From: the human T2T-CHM13v2.0 reference genome, Homo sapiens
Length of the DNA stretch: 64,000 bases
Assembly: GCF_009914755.1 (NCBI RefSeq)
Contig: NC_060926.1
Direction: 5' to 3' (one strand)
Notes under the pieces: generated by a model
Told to the model about the DNA's origin: nothing
Databases searched by the model: none
What the model saw: the letters and a program-made list of their open reading frames with translations, nothing else
Translations under genes and position numbers: made by a program
In this document: piece after piece, positions 46,274 through 64,000 of the stretch
Position numbering within the stretch: position 1 is the first letter of the stretch
Layout of the letters: each line of letters begins with the position of its first letter

Positions 46274-46637
46274 CTGTTTTCACTTTCTTGATGGCGTCCT
46301 TTGAAGCATAAAAGTTTTTAATTTTGATGAAGTCCAATTTATCTATTTTATAACTTTATTGCTTGTTTTGCTGTTGTAGCTAGTCCCCTTCTGTCTTGCT
46401 CTAGCTCAAATGCCACTTCCTCGGGGAAGATTTCATTTCTTTAATATATGCAAACTCTGTTTGCAATTATAAATTTTTTTGAGTGAGATTTGTTTAGTTG
46501 TCCTCTCCTCTGGACTGTAAATTCCAAGAGAGTAGGGTCCGAGTCAGGTGTCTGTCTTCCCATTCTGTCCCTATCTCCCAGCACAGTGACGGCTTGGTAG
46601 CAGAGCAGGTGCTCAGAATTGCTGAATGAATAAATGA

Positions 46638-47968
<1,331 letters not shown>

Positions 47969-48219
47969 TCATTTTATCTAAATTGTCAAATGTATTGCCA
48001 CAAAGTTATTCACAAAATTCCTTTTTAAACTTTTAAATATCTTTAAAGTCTGTTGTGATGTCATTTGTTTTATTTCTGACATTGGTAATTTGTGTCTTCC
48101 CTCTTTTTTTCCTGATCATTCTGGCTAGAAGTTTATCAATTTCATTGATATTTCTCAAAGAAACAAGTTTTAGTTTCATTGGTTTTCTCTATTGTTTTTT
48201 AAATTATTCTGTTGAATTT

Positions 48220-48520
<301 letters not shown>

Positions 48521-48556
48521 TTATTCTATTGAATTTAGAATTACTTTATTTTTTTT

Positions 48557-48657
48557 AATATGGAACACTTCACAAATTTTCATGTCATCCTTGTGCAGGG
48601 ACCGTGCTAATCTCTGTATCATTCCAGTTTTAGTATATGTGCTGCTGAAATGAGCAT
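48557..48657 (-). pseudogene. U6 snRNA retrocopy (RNU6 pseudogene)
   Basis: Reverse complement aligns end to end with U6 (ATGCTCATTTCAGCAGCACATATACTAAAACTGGAATGATACAGAGATTAGCACGGTCCCTGCACAAGGATGAC...TTCCATATT), with CpG decay and an A-rich tail (T run 48545-48556). Confidence 0.93.
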
Positions 48658-48788
48658 GATTGAATCCATGGTGTCTGTTTTGAATTTTTTAAACTTCCCA
48701 TTTAAAAAATGTATTGATTTCTGCTTTGATATTTATTATTTCCTTTTTATCTACTTACTTTCAGTTTTACTTACTCTTCTTTTTCTAG

Positions 48789-49142
<354 letters not shown>

Positions 49143-50071
49143 TAGTGCTGTGCATTTCTAAGTACTGCTTTTAGTAGCACCCCACAAACTTCACTGTTTT
49201 GGATTTTTATTTTTATTCAGTTCAAAATACTTTCTAACTTATATCTTACTTGATCCATAAGTTATTTAGGAGTATGTTATTTAATTTCCAAATATTTGGG
49301 AAATTTCCAGAGAGCTTTCTGTTAACGATTTCTAATTTAATTTCATTGAGTTTAGAGAATATACATTGTGTGTCTTGAATAATTGTAACAATAATTTTAA
49401 TTGTTTTATGCCCCCAAAATGGCCTATCTTGGTAATTGTTCCGTGTGCACTTGAAAAGAATGTGTATGCTGCTGTTGTGAGTGGAGTGTCCCATAAATGT
49501 CAGTGAGGTCAAGTTGGTTGACAGTGTTGTTCATATTTTCTATAGTCTCATGAGTTTCTGTCTATGTGTTCTGTCAATTATTGGGAGAGATATTGAAACC
49601 TCTGAATATAATTGTAGATTTGTCTATTTCTCCATACAGTTCTCTCAGTTTTTCAAAACCAGTCTTGAAACTGGTTTTAGGTGCATAAACATTTAGGACT
49701 ATTATGTTCTCTTGGTGAGTTGACCCTTGTATCATTGTAAGATGACCTTCTTTATTTTCTCTGCAATCTATTTTATCTGATATTAATATAGTCACTGTGA
49801 ATTTCTTTTAGTATTGGCATCATATGTCTTTTAACCTATTTGTTTCTTTATATTTAAAGTGTGTTTCTTTTAGGCAGCATGTAGTTGGGTCTTTTTTTAA
49901 AGAAAATCCAAACTGACAATCTGTGCCATTTAATTAATTAAATTACATTTAATGTGATTTTAAAGATATGATTAGGTGTGTCAGCACCTTGCTATTTGTT
50001 TTCTATTTGTCCTATCTATTCTTTGTTTCCTTTTCCACCTGCTTTTGGGTTGACTATTTTTGTATTTTTAA

Positions 50072-50473
<402 letters not shown>

Positions 50474-51614
50474 TAGTCTATGTATTCAAGTTCACTAATC
50501 ATTTTTTCTTTAAAATCTAATCTGCTAATCCCTTTCAGTGTATAATTCATCTCACACATTGTAGCTTTCATCTCTGGATGATCAATTTAGGTTTTTAATT
50601 TTATACACCTTCTAAGTGTCTACTTAACTTTTGAACATACAAAATATAGTTGTAACAATTGTTTTACTGTCCTTGTCTGATAATCCTAACACCTATGTCA
50701 GTTCTAGGTTGGCTTCCATTGATTTATTTTTCTCCTCCTTATAGGTGATATTTTTCTACTTCTTTGTAAGCCAGGTAATCTTTGATCAGGTGCCAAACAT
50801 TGTAAATTTTACTTTGTTGGGTGCTAGATTATTTTGTATTCCTTTAATTATGTTTGAACTTTGTTCTGGGACGCAGTTACTTGGAAATGGTTTGATCCTT
50901 TTGAGTTTTGTTTTAAGCTGGGCTATAAAGGAAATCTCAGCAAATTTTACAGGATTGAAATCTCTGACAAATTAAACTAGAAATCAATAACAAAAAACAA
51001 CTAGAAGATTACAAATATTTGGAAGTTAAGCAACACACTTGCTAAGAATGTTCTCATGGGCCAAAGAAGAAATCACAGTGGAAATAAGACAATGTTTAAA
51101 ACTAAATGATAACAGAGAAATGGCGTATCAAAATTGTGAGTTCATTGAAAATGCTTACAAGGAAAAGAAAAAAAAACCTGTGGGGGTATTTTGATCATTG
51201 TTCAATGTATATTGGAAAAGATGGCATTCTGCAGCTATTGGGTATGATAATTATATGTCATCTAGATCAGTTTTGTTAATCATGTTATTCAAAATCTCCT
51301 ATATCCTAATGTTGATTTCTTGTCTACTTATTCTACCAGTTATTGAGAGCTATATGTTAAAAAATTTCCAACTATTATTATGGATTTCTCTTTTTCCTTT
51401 TAGACCTGTCAGTTATTACTTTTATGTTTTGAGGCTGTTTTTAATTGCATATATAGTTAGGATTTTATATTTTCCTATTAAAATTTCCCTTTCGTTATTA
51501 TGAAATGTCTCTCATTATCTCTAGCAATACTTTTTTCCTTATGTTTATGATACCAGTACAGATACACCAGCTTCCTTTTGGTGTTTTCATGACTTATTTT
51601 TTTTCTTTTTTTAA

Positions 51615-52151
<537 letters not shown>

Positions 52152-53413
52152 TAAGGTGTGTCTTCTATAACAGCATATAGTTGTTTTTTTTTTCTTGTCC
52201 AGTCTGAAAATCTTTGCCTTTAATTGATTTATATTATGGTAATTACTGATACTGTAGGGTTTAAAGTATACCATTTTGCCATTTTTTTCCATTTTTCACA
52301 TCTGTTTTTTGTTTCTTTTTACCTCTTTCTTGCCTTCTTTTGGATCAATCAATATTTTCCTAATTATTTCATTTTCATCCTCTATAAATTAGTAGTCACG
52401 TGTTTGCTATTATTGTTATTTTATTACCCACATATTATAGCATGCATCCTTGGCTTAATTAGGTCACCCTTGAATTAGTACTTTCACCCTTTTCTAAATA
52501 ACTCTAGGGACCTTATGACACTTTAATTCATTTTAGCATTCTCCTGGCTTTCATGTTATTGTTGTCATGTATTTTTTTTTTTTTTGAGACAGAGTCTTGC
52601 TATGTTGCCCAGGCTGGCCTTCAACTCCTAGGGACAATGGATCTGCCCTCCTCAGCCTCCCGAGTAGCTGAGATTACAGGAATGTGCCACCACACCTGGC
52701 TACAGCAAGGCTTTTGACAAAAATGGTTGAAAGAATTCAAAACTGAGGATCCTAGTGCTGAGGGTGGGATATTTTGTGTTATTGGTCAGTAAGAATGTCT
52801 CTTACTTGAGATATGAATCCTGAAGGTGGTAAGAGTTGATTTATTTAGACAGAGTTAATTTTAATTAGTGAAAACTGAAGAACTGACTTGTATTTTGGTC
52901 TGACGTATGATTGTTTCAACTTTGCTGCAGTAGCACCTACAAGAGGACCAACATTCTCCAGGAAATTCTGTCCTTTAAAACCATGAGATGAATAATCTTG
53001 GTCTGGAAGATATTCATAGAAAGAAGCTTAGAATGTTTGATTTTTGAGCATGAATTAACTGTACAGTCATCAATTAAATAAGCTGATCCACTGAGTAATT
53101 GTTGAGATGATCCTTCTGGATGCTGAATAATGCTAGCCTAGAATGGGGATTTGACATTGATATATTCTTTCCTATTAACAAATCCAGTTTTCTTTCTTCC
53201 TCCCATCCTCCCTCCTTCTTTCTTTCTTCCTTTCTTTTCCTTTCATTTGCCTTCCTTTCCTTCCTTCCCTTCCCTTTCACAATATTTTACTTTAAAAAAA
53301 TTATGAAATCCATCATGTACACTTCAATGTGTTAAATATATATGTACATTTTAAAGATTAATAGTCCAGTGAACATCTGTGTACCCACTACTCAGGGTGA
53401 GAAACAAATATAA

Positions 53414-53822
<409 letters not shown>

Positions 53823-53861
53823 CCTCTTCATAATTTCTAACACCTCTGAATTCTTCTACTG

Positions 53862-53903
<42 letters not shown>

Positions 53904-53970
53904 ATTATATATATTTATATATACATTATATATATACATTATAATGTGTATATATATAATGCATATATAT
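53862..53970. repeat. (TA)n(CA)n compound microsatellite
   Basis: Direct read. Confidence 0.85.
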
Positions 53971-54164
53971 AGTAGAAGAATTTACTTTCTATATAGTAAA
54001 TTTTGTGTATACACACACATACACATACAAAACTGGATCAGTAAGGAATTTACACTTACTTCTTTAGATGAAGACCCCCAGGAGAGGGTAAGATGACAGA
54101 GTCTCTGGGTCAGAAGTGACCTCATTTTCCCTGAAAGTTTACAGGGCAAAGTCACAAGTGAGTC

Positions 54165-54581
54165 TGTTATGTTTGGGGTGTTTGTCCTCTTCAAATCTCA
54201 TGTTGAAATGTAACCGTCACTGTTAGAGGTGAGACCTGGTGGGAGGTGATTTGATCATGGGGGTGGATCCTTCACAAATGGCTTAGCACCATTTCTTGGT
54301 GATGTTCTCTCCCAGTTAGTTCACATGAGAACTGGTTGTTTAAAAGAATCTGAGACCTCCCCCTTCTCTCTTTTGCGCCCTCTCTTCACCATGTGATGTG
54401 CTGGCTCCCCTTCACTTTGTGCCATGATTGAAAGCTTCCTGAGGCCTTCACAAGAAGCTGATGCTGGCACCATGCTTCCTGTACAGCCTGCAGAAACGTG
54501 AGCCAAATCAAAGCCTGTTTTCTTTATAAATTACCTAGTCTCAGGTATTTCTTTATAGCAGCACAAGAATGGACTAACACA
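54165..54581 (+). mobile_element. MST-like solo LTR
   Basis: TGTTATGTTTGG...AAATCTCATGTTGAAATG...CTTTATAGCAGCACAAGAATGGACTAACACA. Confidence 0.8.
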
Positions 54582-54831
54582 GAGTCTGTGGGAAATAGGA
54601 CTCAAAAAATTGGTGGCAGGGTGAAGTGTCACCCAAATACTGGCCATCAGGCAGGAATATGGTCAGGGGGAGTAGGCTGCTCTTATTTTCTCACTCAAAG
54701 TTCCCACAGCCTACTTTCAGCTCTCGGGAATGGGTGAGAACAAAACATTTTTGTGGGAGTGAAATAAATATCTTTAGATAATCCACGTAGGAGGGTAAGG
54801 AGGGAATAACAGGAACTTCATCAACACATGA

Positions 54832-57490
<2,659 letters not shown>

Positions 57491-57618
57491 CATGGTCAAC
57501 ACAAGCTTCTTGGTGATGCCCCAAACTTCAGAACCAGTTAAAGGTTTACCATCAGCCAGAAGAGCTGTGGGAATGAGCCTCCCAGAAAGAAGAGATGGAA
57601 GGTGTTTGGCATCTGCAG

Positions 57619-57656
57619 TGATGATGATGATGATGATCATGATCATGATCATGATG
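57619..57656. repeat. (GAT)n/(GATCAT)n repeat
   Basis: Direct read. Confidence 0.85.
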
Positions 57657-60111
57657 CTGGCTAAATGCCGACTCTGAGCCCTGCATGATGGTAAGCAGTG
57701 TCTATGGATTGGCTCTTTAATCCTCATAACAATGTCTATCTAATGTCTATCTAGAGGTAGATATTAAGATAATGCCTATTTTTCAAATGAAGAAACTGAG
57801 CCTCCAAGAGATTAAGTAACTGGCTCAAGGTCACACAGTTGGTAAATTGAAACATGAGTGCTTACATGGATGTTTTCCAGGGATTGAGGCCGCATTAACT
57901 GGTGGGGAGAGAAATGAAGAGCCCAGCACAAGGGGTGGACTGATGGGAGCATGTTTGGGCTAGTGGGAATAATAATAAAAAATAATAGTCAGCACTTATT
58001 GAATGCTTACTAAGTGGCTGGCATTGTTCTAAGCACTTTTACATGCATTAACTCGAGGTGAAATAAAACCCAAATACACAGAACTGGCAAATGAGGGTCC
58101 ATGCTTGAGGGTTTGGAAAGACTTGGAAATACCCTTTGGGCACATCAAGCAGGCAAAAAAAAAAAAAAAAAAAAAAAAAAATCAGCTGCATTTTGGAAGC
58201 TTCCTCTGATCAAAGATACCCATTCATCCAACATTTATTTATGAAATGCCTGTTGTTTCCCAGGCATTGTTCTAGGCACTGAGAACAGGACAGATTCCAG
58301 GAGAAGGAGAAGTCCAGGAACACAAAAAGATAGAAAGAAATACTCAGAAGTGCCATATTTTTTACCTTTTCATTGATACTACCAGAAAAGGGAAAAAATA
58401 AATACTGTTTGATTTTGCCACCAGGCACCACAAAACTGCGCCCCTGCCTGATTTCATTTCAGCAAGCTTTACTGTGAAGTGTTTATGTGCCAGGTACCAT
58501 GTGTAGAAGCGCTGGCCCAGAGATGAAGATGAAGTTTCTATCCTTAAGGCATGCAATGTGGGAGATGAACAGGTAAGTGGATAATTACATTACAAGTGAT
58601 TCGTGCCATGATTGAGGTGTGAACAAAATTCCACGGGAGCAAAGAAGAGTGGCTAATTCTGCCTAGGGGTGTCAGATAATGTTTAATGGAGGAAGGGGGC
58701 ATCTCAACTGGGCCTGAGGGAGGACTAGGAGATTGCCAGGTGGAGATGGGGAGAAAAGACCTCTAGAGAGGAGTAGTTTGTGGACAGAATGATCTAATTG
58801 CAGATACTAAGTTCTGAAATGTGGACTGTGCATGGACAGCCTAGTACCCTGACAATTGTGAGGGCAGGGGAGTCCACAGAGATTACTAATTTATTGAAAA
58901 AGCACTGAGGCTTGTGTTGGTGCCAGCTAAAAAGACTGAGTTGATAAACAACCCATCTTTGTTTCTCTATGCAGAAATCACCCAGACACCTGCCATATTT
59001 TTTCTAGCCTATGTTTAAGTTAAGGTGTCAAAAAGACTTGAAGTGCTCCTGTACACATTTGGGGAGGGGAGTATATTGGTACAACCCCTGTGGAAGGCAG
59101 ATTGGCAACATCTGCCAGAATTACAAAGGCATATAGCTTGTGACCCAGCAAGTTCACTTCTAGGAATTTATCCTTGGATGCACTCAGTCACATGTAAAAT
59201 AACTTATGTACGAGTATTCATCACATCATTGTAACAGCAAAAGATTGGAAAAAAAGTAAGTGCTCATTACAAGGGAATTGGTTAAGTACATTATGATATC
59301 TCTTTAAAATGGAACACTATTCAATCTAAAAACAATAAGGTAGCTCTTTCCATCCTGTTGGAAATGATTTCAAGGATATATTGTCAAATGAAAAAAGCAA
59401 GGGCAGAACCACACATATAAAACAGGGATGGAAAGAATTCAAGTCCTCCACGGAGTATGCAAACTGCTCAATTAAAAGTCCCTGGGTTGCCCTACCTCCA
59501 GCCTCCTTGTGATGTGTGATGCAAAACTCACTGTTTAAGCCAGTTGAGAAGGAGTTTTCTGGTTTTGTAGCCAAAAACATCCAGACGCAGAACTCTAAGG
59601 TCGGGAGGCCTTTGTGTTTGGACCTAGAAAAATGCAGAGGCAGGAGGTAAATCTTTGACTTACAGAAATTCCCCCGTGTACTCCGTATTAACTCTAGTGG
59701 GCACTCTCAAGTGCTTTCCCCTCTAGAAATTCCAAGCCCTGAATTGCAGAGCAGCCAGGCATTCACATGATGCAGCCGTGGGGCTTTCTATGTAGAGATG
59801 CAATTTGGCAGGATTCAACCTGCCTGACTTCTTTTTTTGTAAATACAACCTCATCAGAGCAACAAGCTAAAAGCCTGGCAGAATCTATTTGCAGTCAGGG
59901 AGCAAGAGTGCAATGCAATGAATGTTAGAATCAAGCCTTATGAGGTGGAACTTGAACAACTCGCTCTGTCCACAGGAGGCCCTAGATAGCCCAGAGTCTC
60001 TACAGTGACTAAAAACAGATCTCTGGATCAAGCCATGTAGTCTGAGACTTTGTCCACATAGCTGAAATTGTCCTGTCAGTATCATCCAGACAATTTTAAG
60101 GAGTCTTTGTC

Positions 60112-60640
60112 CATTCATTCAAGAAAAACAAATATTTGTCCCCGGCACTCTGCTAGGTGCTAGGGATACAACAATGAGCAAAACCAAGATGATCTGTCCT
60201 TTATTGACTTACTGTCTAGAGAAAGAGATGGTAATTAGTTAAATGGTTATTAAATAGGTATACAATTATAACTGAGTGGAATGTTATAGAGGAAAGATTC
60301 ATGGCAGATCAGAGGCAAAAAAAAATACATACATTAGAATGGAATCAGAGAAGCCCTGCCGGAGAAAATGACAGCTGAGCTGACATCTGAAGAATGAGTA
60401 GGAGTTAACTAGGTGATACAGGAGAAGAGCGTTCCAGGCAGAAGGAATGTTTCATGCAAAGGCCCTGGGGTGGGAGGGAGCATGGAACACTCAAGGAACT
60501 GAAAGGTCACCATGTGGTTGGAGGGCAGAGAGTGGGGGGAGTGTGCTGGGAGGGGAGGCTGGAGCAGCAAGCAGGCGCCAGGCAGGGCAAAGCCACGGAG
60601 GAGATAGAAAGTATTTCTGTAAGAGCAACAGAAAATCATT
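60112..60640 (-). mobile_element. L2 fragment
   Basis: CATTCATTCAA...GGCACTCTGCTAGGTGCTAGGGATACA...GAGCGTTCCAGGCAGAAGGAA...CAAAGGCCCTG. Confidence 0.7.
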
Positions 60641-61734
60641 TGTGGTACAGAGTGTCAGTTGTCCCCCAATATTCACTTCCCCCCTTTATTCCTTTAATAT
60701 TGGAACCCCTAAGTTTAGGCTCAGCATGCGGCTATCCAATTAAAAATCACTTCCCAGACTCCTTTGCATATAAGCTTTTCCATGTGACCAAAACAACCTA
60801 GCCAATTGCTCTGGCCAATGGGCTGTGAGAAGTAAGTGCAGGCTTCCATTTCCTCCTATTCTCCTCTCACTGGCTCCAGTGCAGTCATGATGGTGGGGGC
60901 TGGAGGAGCCATCCTAGGCCAGGAGATGGAAGCCATATGTTGAGGATGGCAAGGCAACAAAATAGAGGGAAACTGGATCCCCTCACCATGGAACAGTCAT
61001 TGCAGCCCTGGACTATTAAACTCAGACCACATGTGACAAACTGATACACTTCTAGCTGCTGTATGGAGGGTAAAAGCAGTAGGCTCAATCTGGAGCTATT
61101 GCCGCTACCCATTGAGGAGGATGGTGCCTTGAACCTACCTGCAAAGTAGCCATGAAGATGGGACCGGACCCCAATAGAACATCCTTTGCCTCATATAGTG
61201 GAAATAGCACAAACTCTGGCCTCAGTGAGAGCCAAGTTCTGCTTTTGAGTTCATTACCTTTTTGCTGAGTGACCTTGAACAAGTTACTAAGCATCTCTAA
61301 GTCTCATTTATAAACCCAAATTAAGGTTCTTTTTTGGGGGTGTGATGACTAATTTTGAGATGGCCTTCAGACAAACTCCAACACTGGCTTTTTCGTGGGT
61401 CCCCAGGCTGATGGTCTGCTCTGGAGATTGTGGACTTGCCAGCCTCTGTAATTACATGAGCCAATCCCTTAAAATAAATCTCTCTTTCCAAATATGATAC
61501 ATACACATTTACACATCCTATTGATTCTGTGTTTCTGGAGAATCTTGACTAACATGGGGGTTAACTTCCTATTAATTTATATACATAGAACAAACTGCAC
61601 ACACATGAAGGGCACAGCTCAGTGAACCTTTACAAAGTGAACACAACCACCATTTACAAGAATATCTGGAATATTAGAATTCTGTGAAGAAAGTTATAGC
61701 AGTGGTGTAATGTGTTACTCTAAATCCCTACATT

Positions 61735-62356
<622 letters not shown>

Positions 62357-62644
62357 TCAAGAATAATGCAAGACATGGGAGAACCATAAATCAGAGTTAG
62401 AAAAACTCTGAAATGTGATTTGACAGGATTCAGAATAAATTTAGAAATGAAAGGAAAAGTAATTTCAAAAAGGAAGACTAAATTGAAAGAACACTGGAGT
62501 GACTTAACACAGCAGATGCCTTAAGAGAAATAGAAGGTGAAAAGGAGGAAATTATGAAAAATTGAAATGAAATTTTAAAAGAGATGAAAACAATTCAAAG
62601 AAAGAGAAAATTACAAATATTTGTAATTTTATGAAGATAGGCAA

Positions 62645-63123
62645 TGTATTAGGGTTCTCCAGAGGGTTCTCCAGAGGGACGTATGTATATATGAAAAGGA
62701 GTTTACTAGGGAGAATTGGCACACACCATCACACGGCGAAGTCTCATGATAGGCCGTCTGCAAGCTCGGGGAGAAAGAAGCCAGTAGCGGCTCAGTCTGA
62801 GTCCAAAAGCCTCAAAAGCAGGGAAGCTGACCGTGCAGGCTTCAGTCTGTGGCCAAAGGCCCTAGAGCCCCCAGCAAACCATTGGTGTAAATCCAAGAGT
62901 TTAAAGGCCAAGGAACCTGGAGTCCGATGTCTAAGGGCAGGAGGAATGAACAGAAGCATCTAGCACAGGAGAAAGATGAAAGCCAGAAGACTCAGCAAGC
63001 CAGCTTATCCCACCTTCTTCCCACTGCTTTGTTCCAGCCACCGAGCAGCGGATTGGATGGTGCCCACCCACATTCAGGGTGGGACTTTCTCTCCCAGTCC
63101 ACTGACTCAAATGTCAGTCTCCG
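62645..63123. mobile_element. MLT2-like (ERVL) LTR interrupted by the SVA
   Basis: Starts TGTATTAGGGTTCTCCAGAG and runs to CCACTGACTCAAATG..., typical of MLT2A/B, then switches abruptly to SVA hexamers. Confidence 0.75.
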
Positions 63124-64000
63124 CTCCCTCTCCCTCTCCCTCTCCCTCTCCCTCTCCTTCTCCCTCTCCCCACGGTCTCCCTCTCCCTCTCTTTCCACGG
63201 TCTCCCTCTGATGCCGAGCCGAAGCTGGACGGTACTGCTGCCATCTCGGCTCACTGCAACCTCCCTGCCTGATTCTCCTGCCTCAGCTTGCCGAGTGCCT
63301 GCGATTGCAGGCGCGCGCCACCACGCCTGACTGGTTTTCATATTTTTTTGGTGGAGACGGGGATTCGCTGTGTTGGCCGGGCTGGTCTCCAGCTCCTAAC
63401 CGCGAGTGATCCGCCAGCCTCGGCCTCCCGAGGTGCCGGGATTGCAGACGGAGTCTCGTTCACTCAGTGCTCAATGGTGCCCAGGCTGGAGTGCAGTGGC
63501 ATGATCTCGGCTCGCTACAACCTCCACCTCCCAGCCGCCTGCCTTGGCCTCCCAAAGTGCCGAGATTGCAGCCTCTGCCCGGCCGCCACCCCGTCTGGGA
63601 AGTGAGGAGCGTCTCCGCCTTGCCGCCCATCATCTGGGATGTGAGGAGCCCCTCTGCCTGGCTGCCCAGTCTGGAAAGTGAGGAGCGTCTCTGCCCGGCC
63701 GCCATCCCATCTAGGAAGTGAGGAGCGCCTCTTCCCGGCCACCATCACATCTGGGAAGTGAGGAGCGTCTCTGCCCGGCCGCCCATCGTCTGAGATGTGG
63801 GGAGCACCTCTGCCCTGCCGCCCCGTCCGGGATGTGAGGAGCGTCTCTGCCCGGACGCCCCGTCTGAGAAGTGAGGAGACCCTCTGCCTGGCAACCGCCC
63901 CGTCTGAGAAGTGAGGAGCCCCTCCGCCCAGCAGCCACCCCGTCTGGGAAGTGAGGAGCGTCTCCGCCCGGCAGCCACCTCATCTGGGAGGGAGGTGGGG
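63124..64000 (+). mobile_element. SVA retrotransposon, 5' part (runs off the window)
   Basis: (CCCTCT)n hexamer head, antisense Alu-like domain ~63200-63570, then GC-rich VNTR units of the CCCCGTCTGGGAAGTGAGGAGCGTCTCTGCCCGGCCGCC type. Confidence 0.96.

Noticed and set aside
48557-48657. Functional U6 gene
   Set aside because: Multiple substitutions, a deletion, an A-rich tail and no PSE/TATA upstream indicate a retrocopy.
52700-53190. AT-rich unique-looking stretch, possibly a pseudogene or ancient repeat fragment
   Set aside because: No translation I recognise and frames are broken; needs BLASTX/Dfam to assess.

Overview
Human/hominid genomic DNA containing the tandem WNT6-WNT10A cluster (2q35, recognised from the encoded proteins). 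On the + strand: WNT6 coding exons 2-4 (3430-3650, 3888-4222, 5787-6248; exon 1 lies upstream of the window), then all four WNT10A coding exons (13374-13486, 14539-14801, 22362-22741, 25142-25639; 417 aa). All junctions are GT-AG and keep frame. Beyond ~26.3 kb there is no protein-coding gene I can support. That part holds two orphan CpG islands (~29-31 kb, ~41.5 kb) and dense repeats: about 25 Alus, L1, L2, MIR, MaLR/ERVL LTRs, a two-LTR MSTA-like provirus, a U6 retrocopy and a 3'-clipped SVA. I see no convincing new biological system in this well-studied locus. The best leads are a double inverted templated duplication at 47.1-48.0 kb, near-perfect NF-kB sites spread across WNT10A, a six-site SOX minisatellite, a WNT10A poly(A) signal inside an L2, two WNT10A uORFs, and phase-compatible WNT6/WNT10A exons. 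Repeat subfamily names and boundaries are by eye and approximate.
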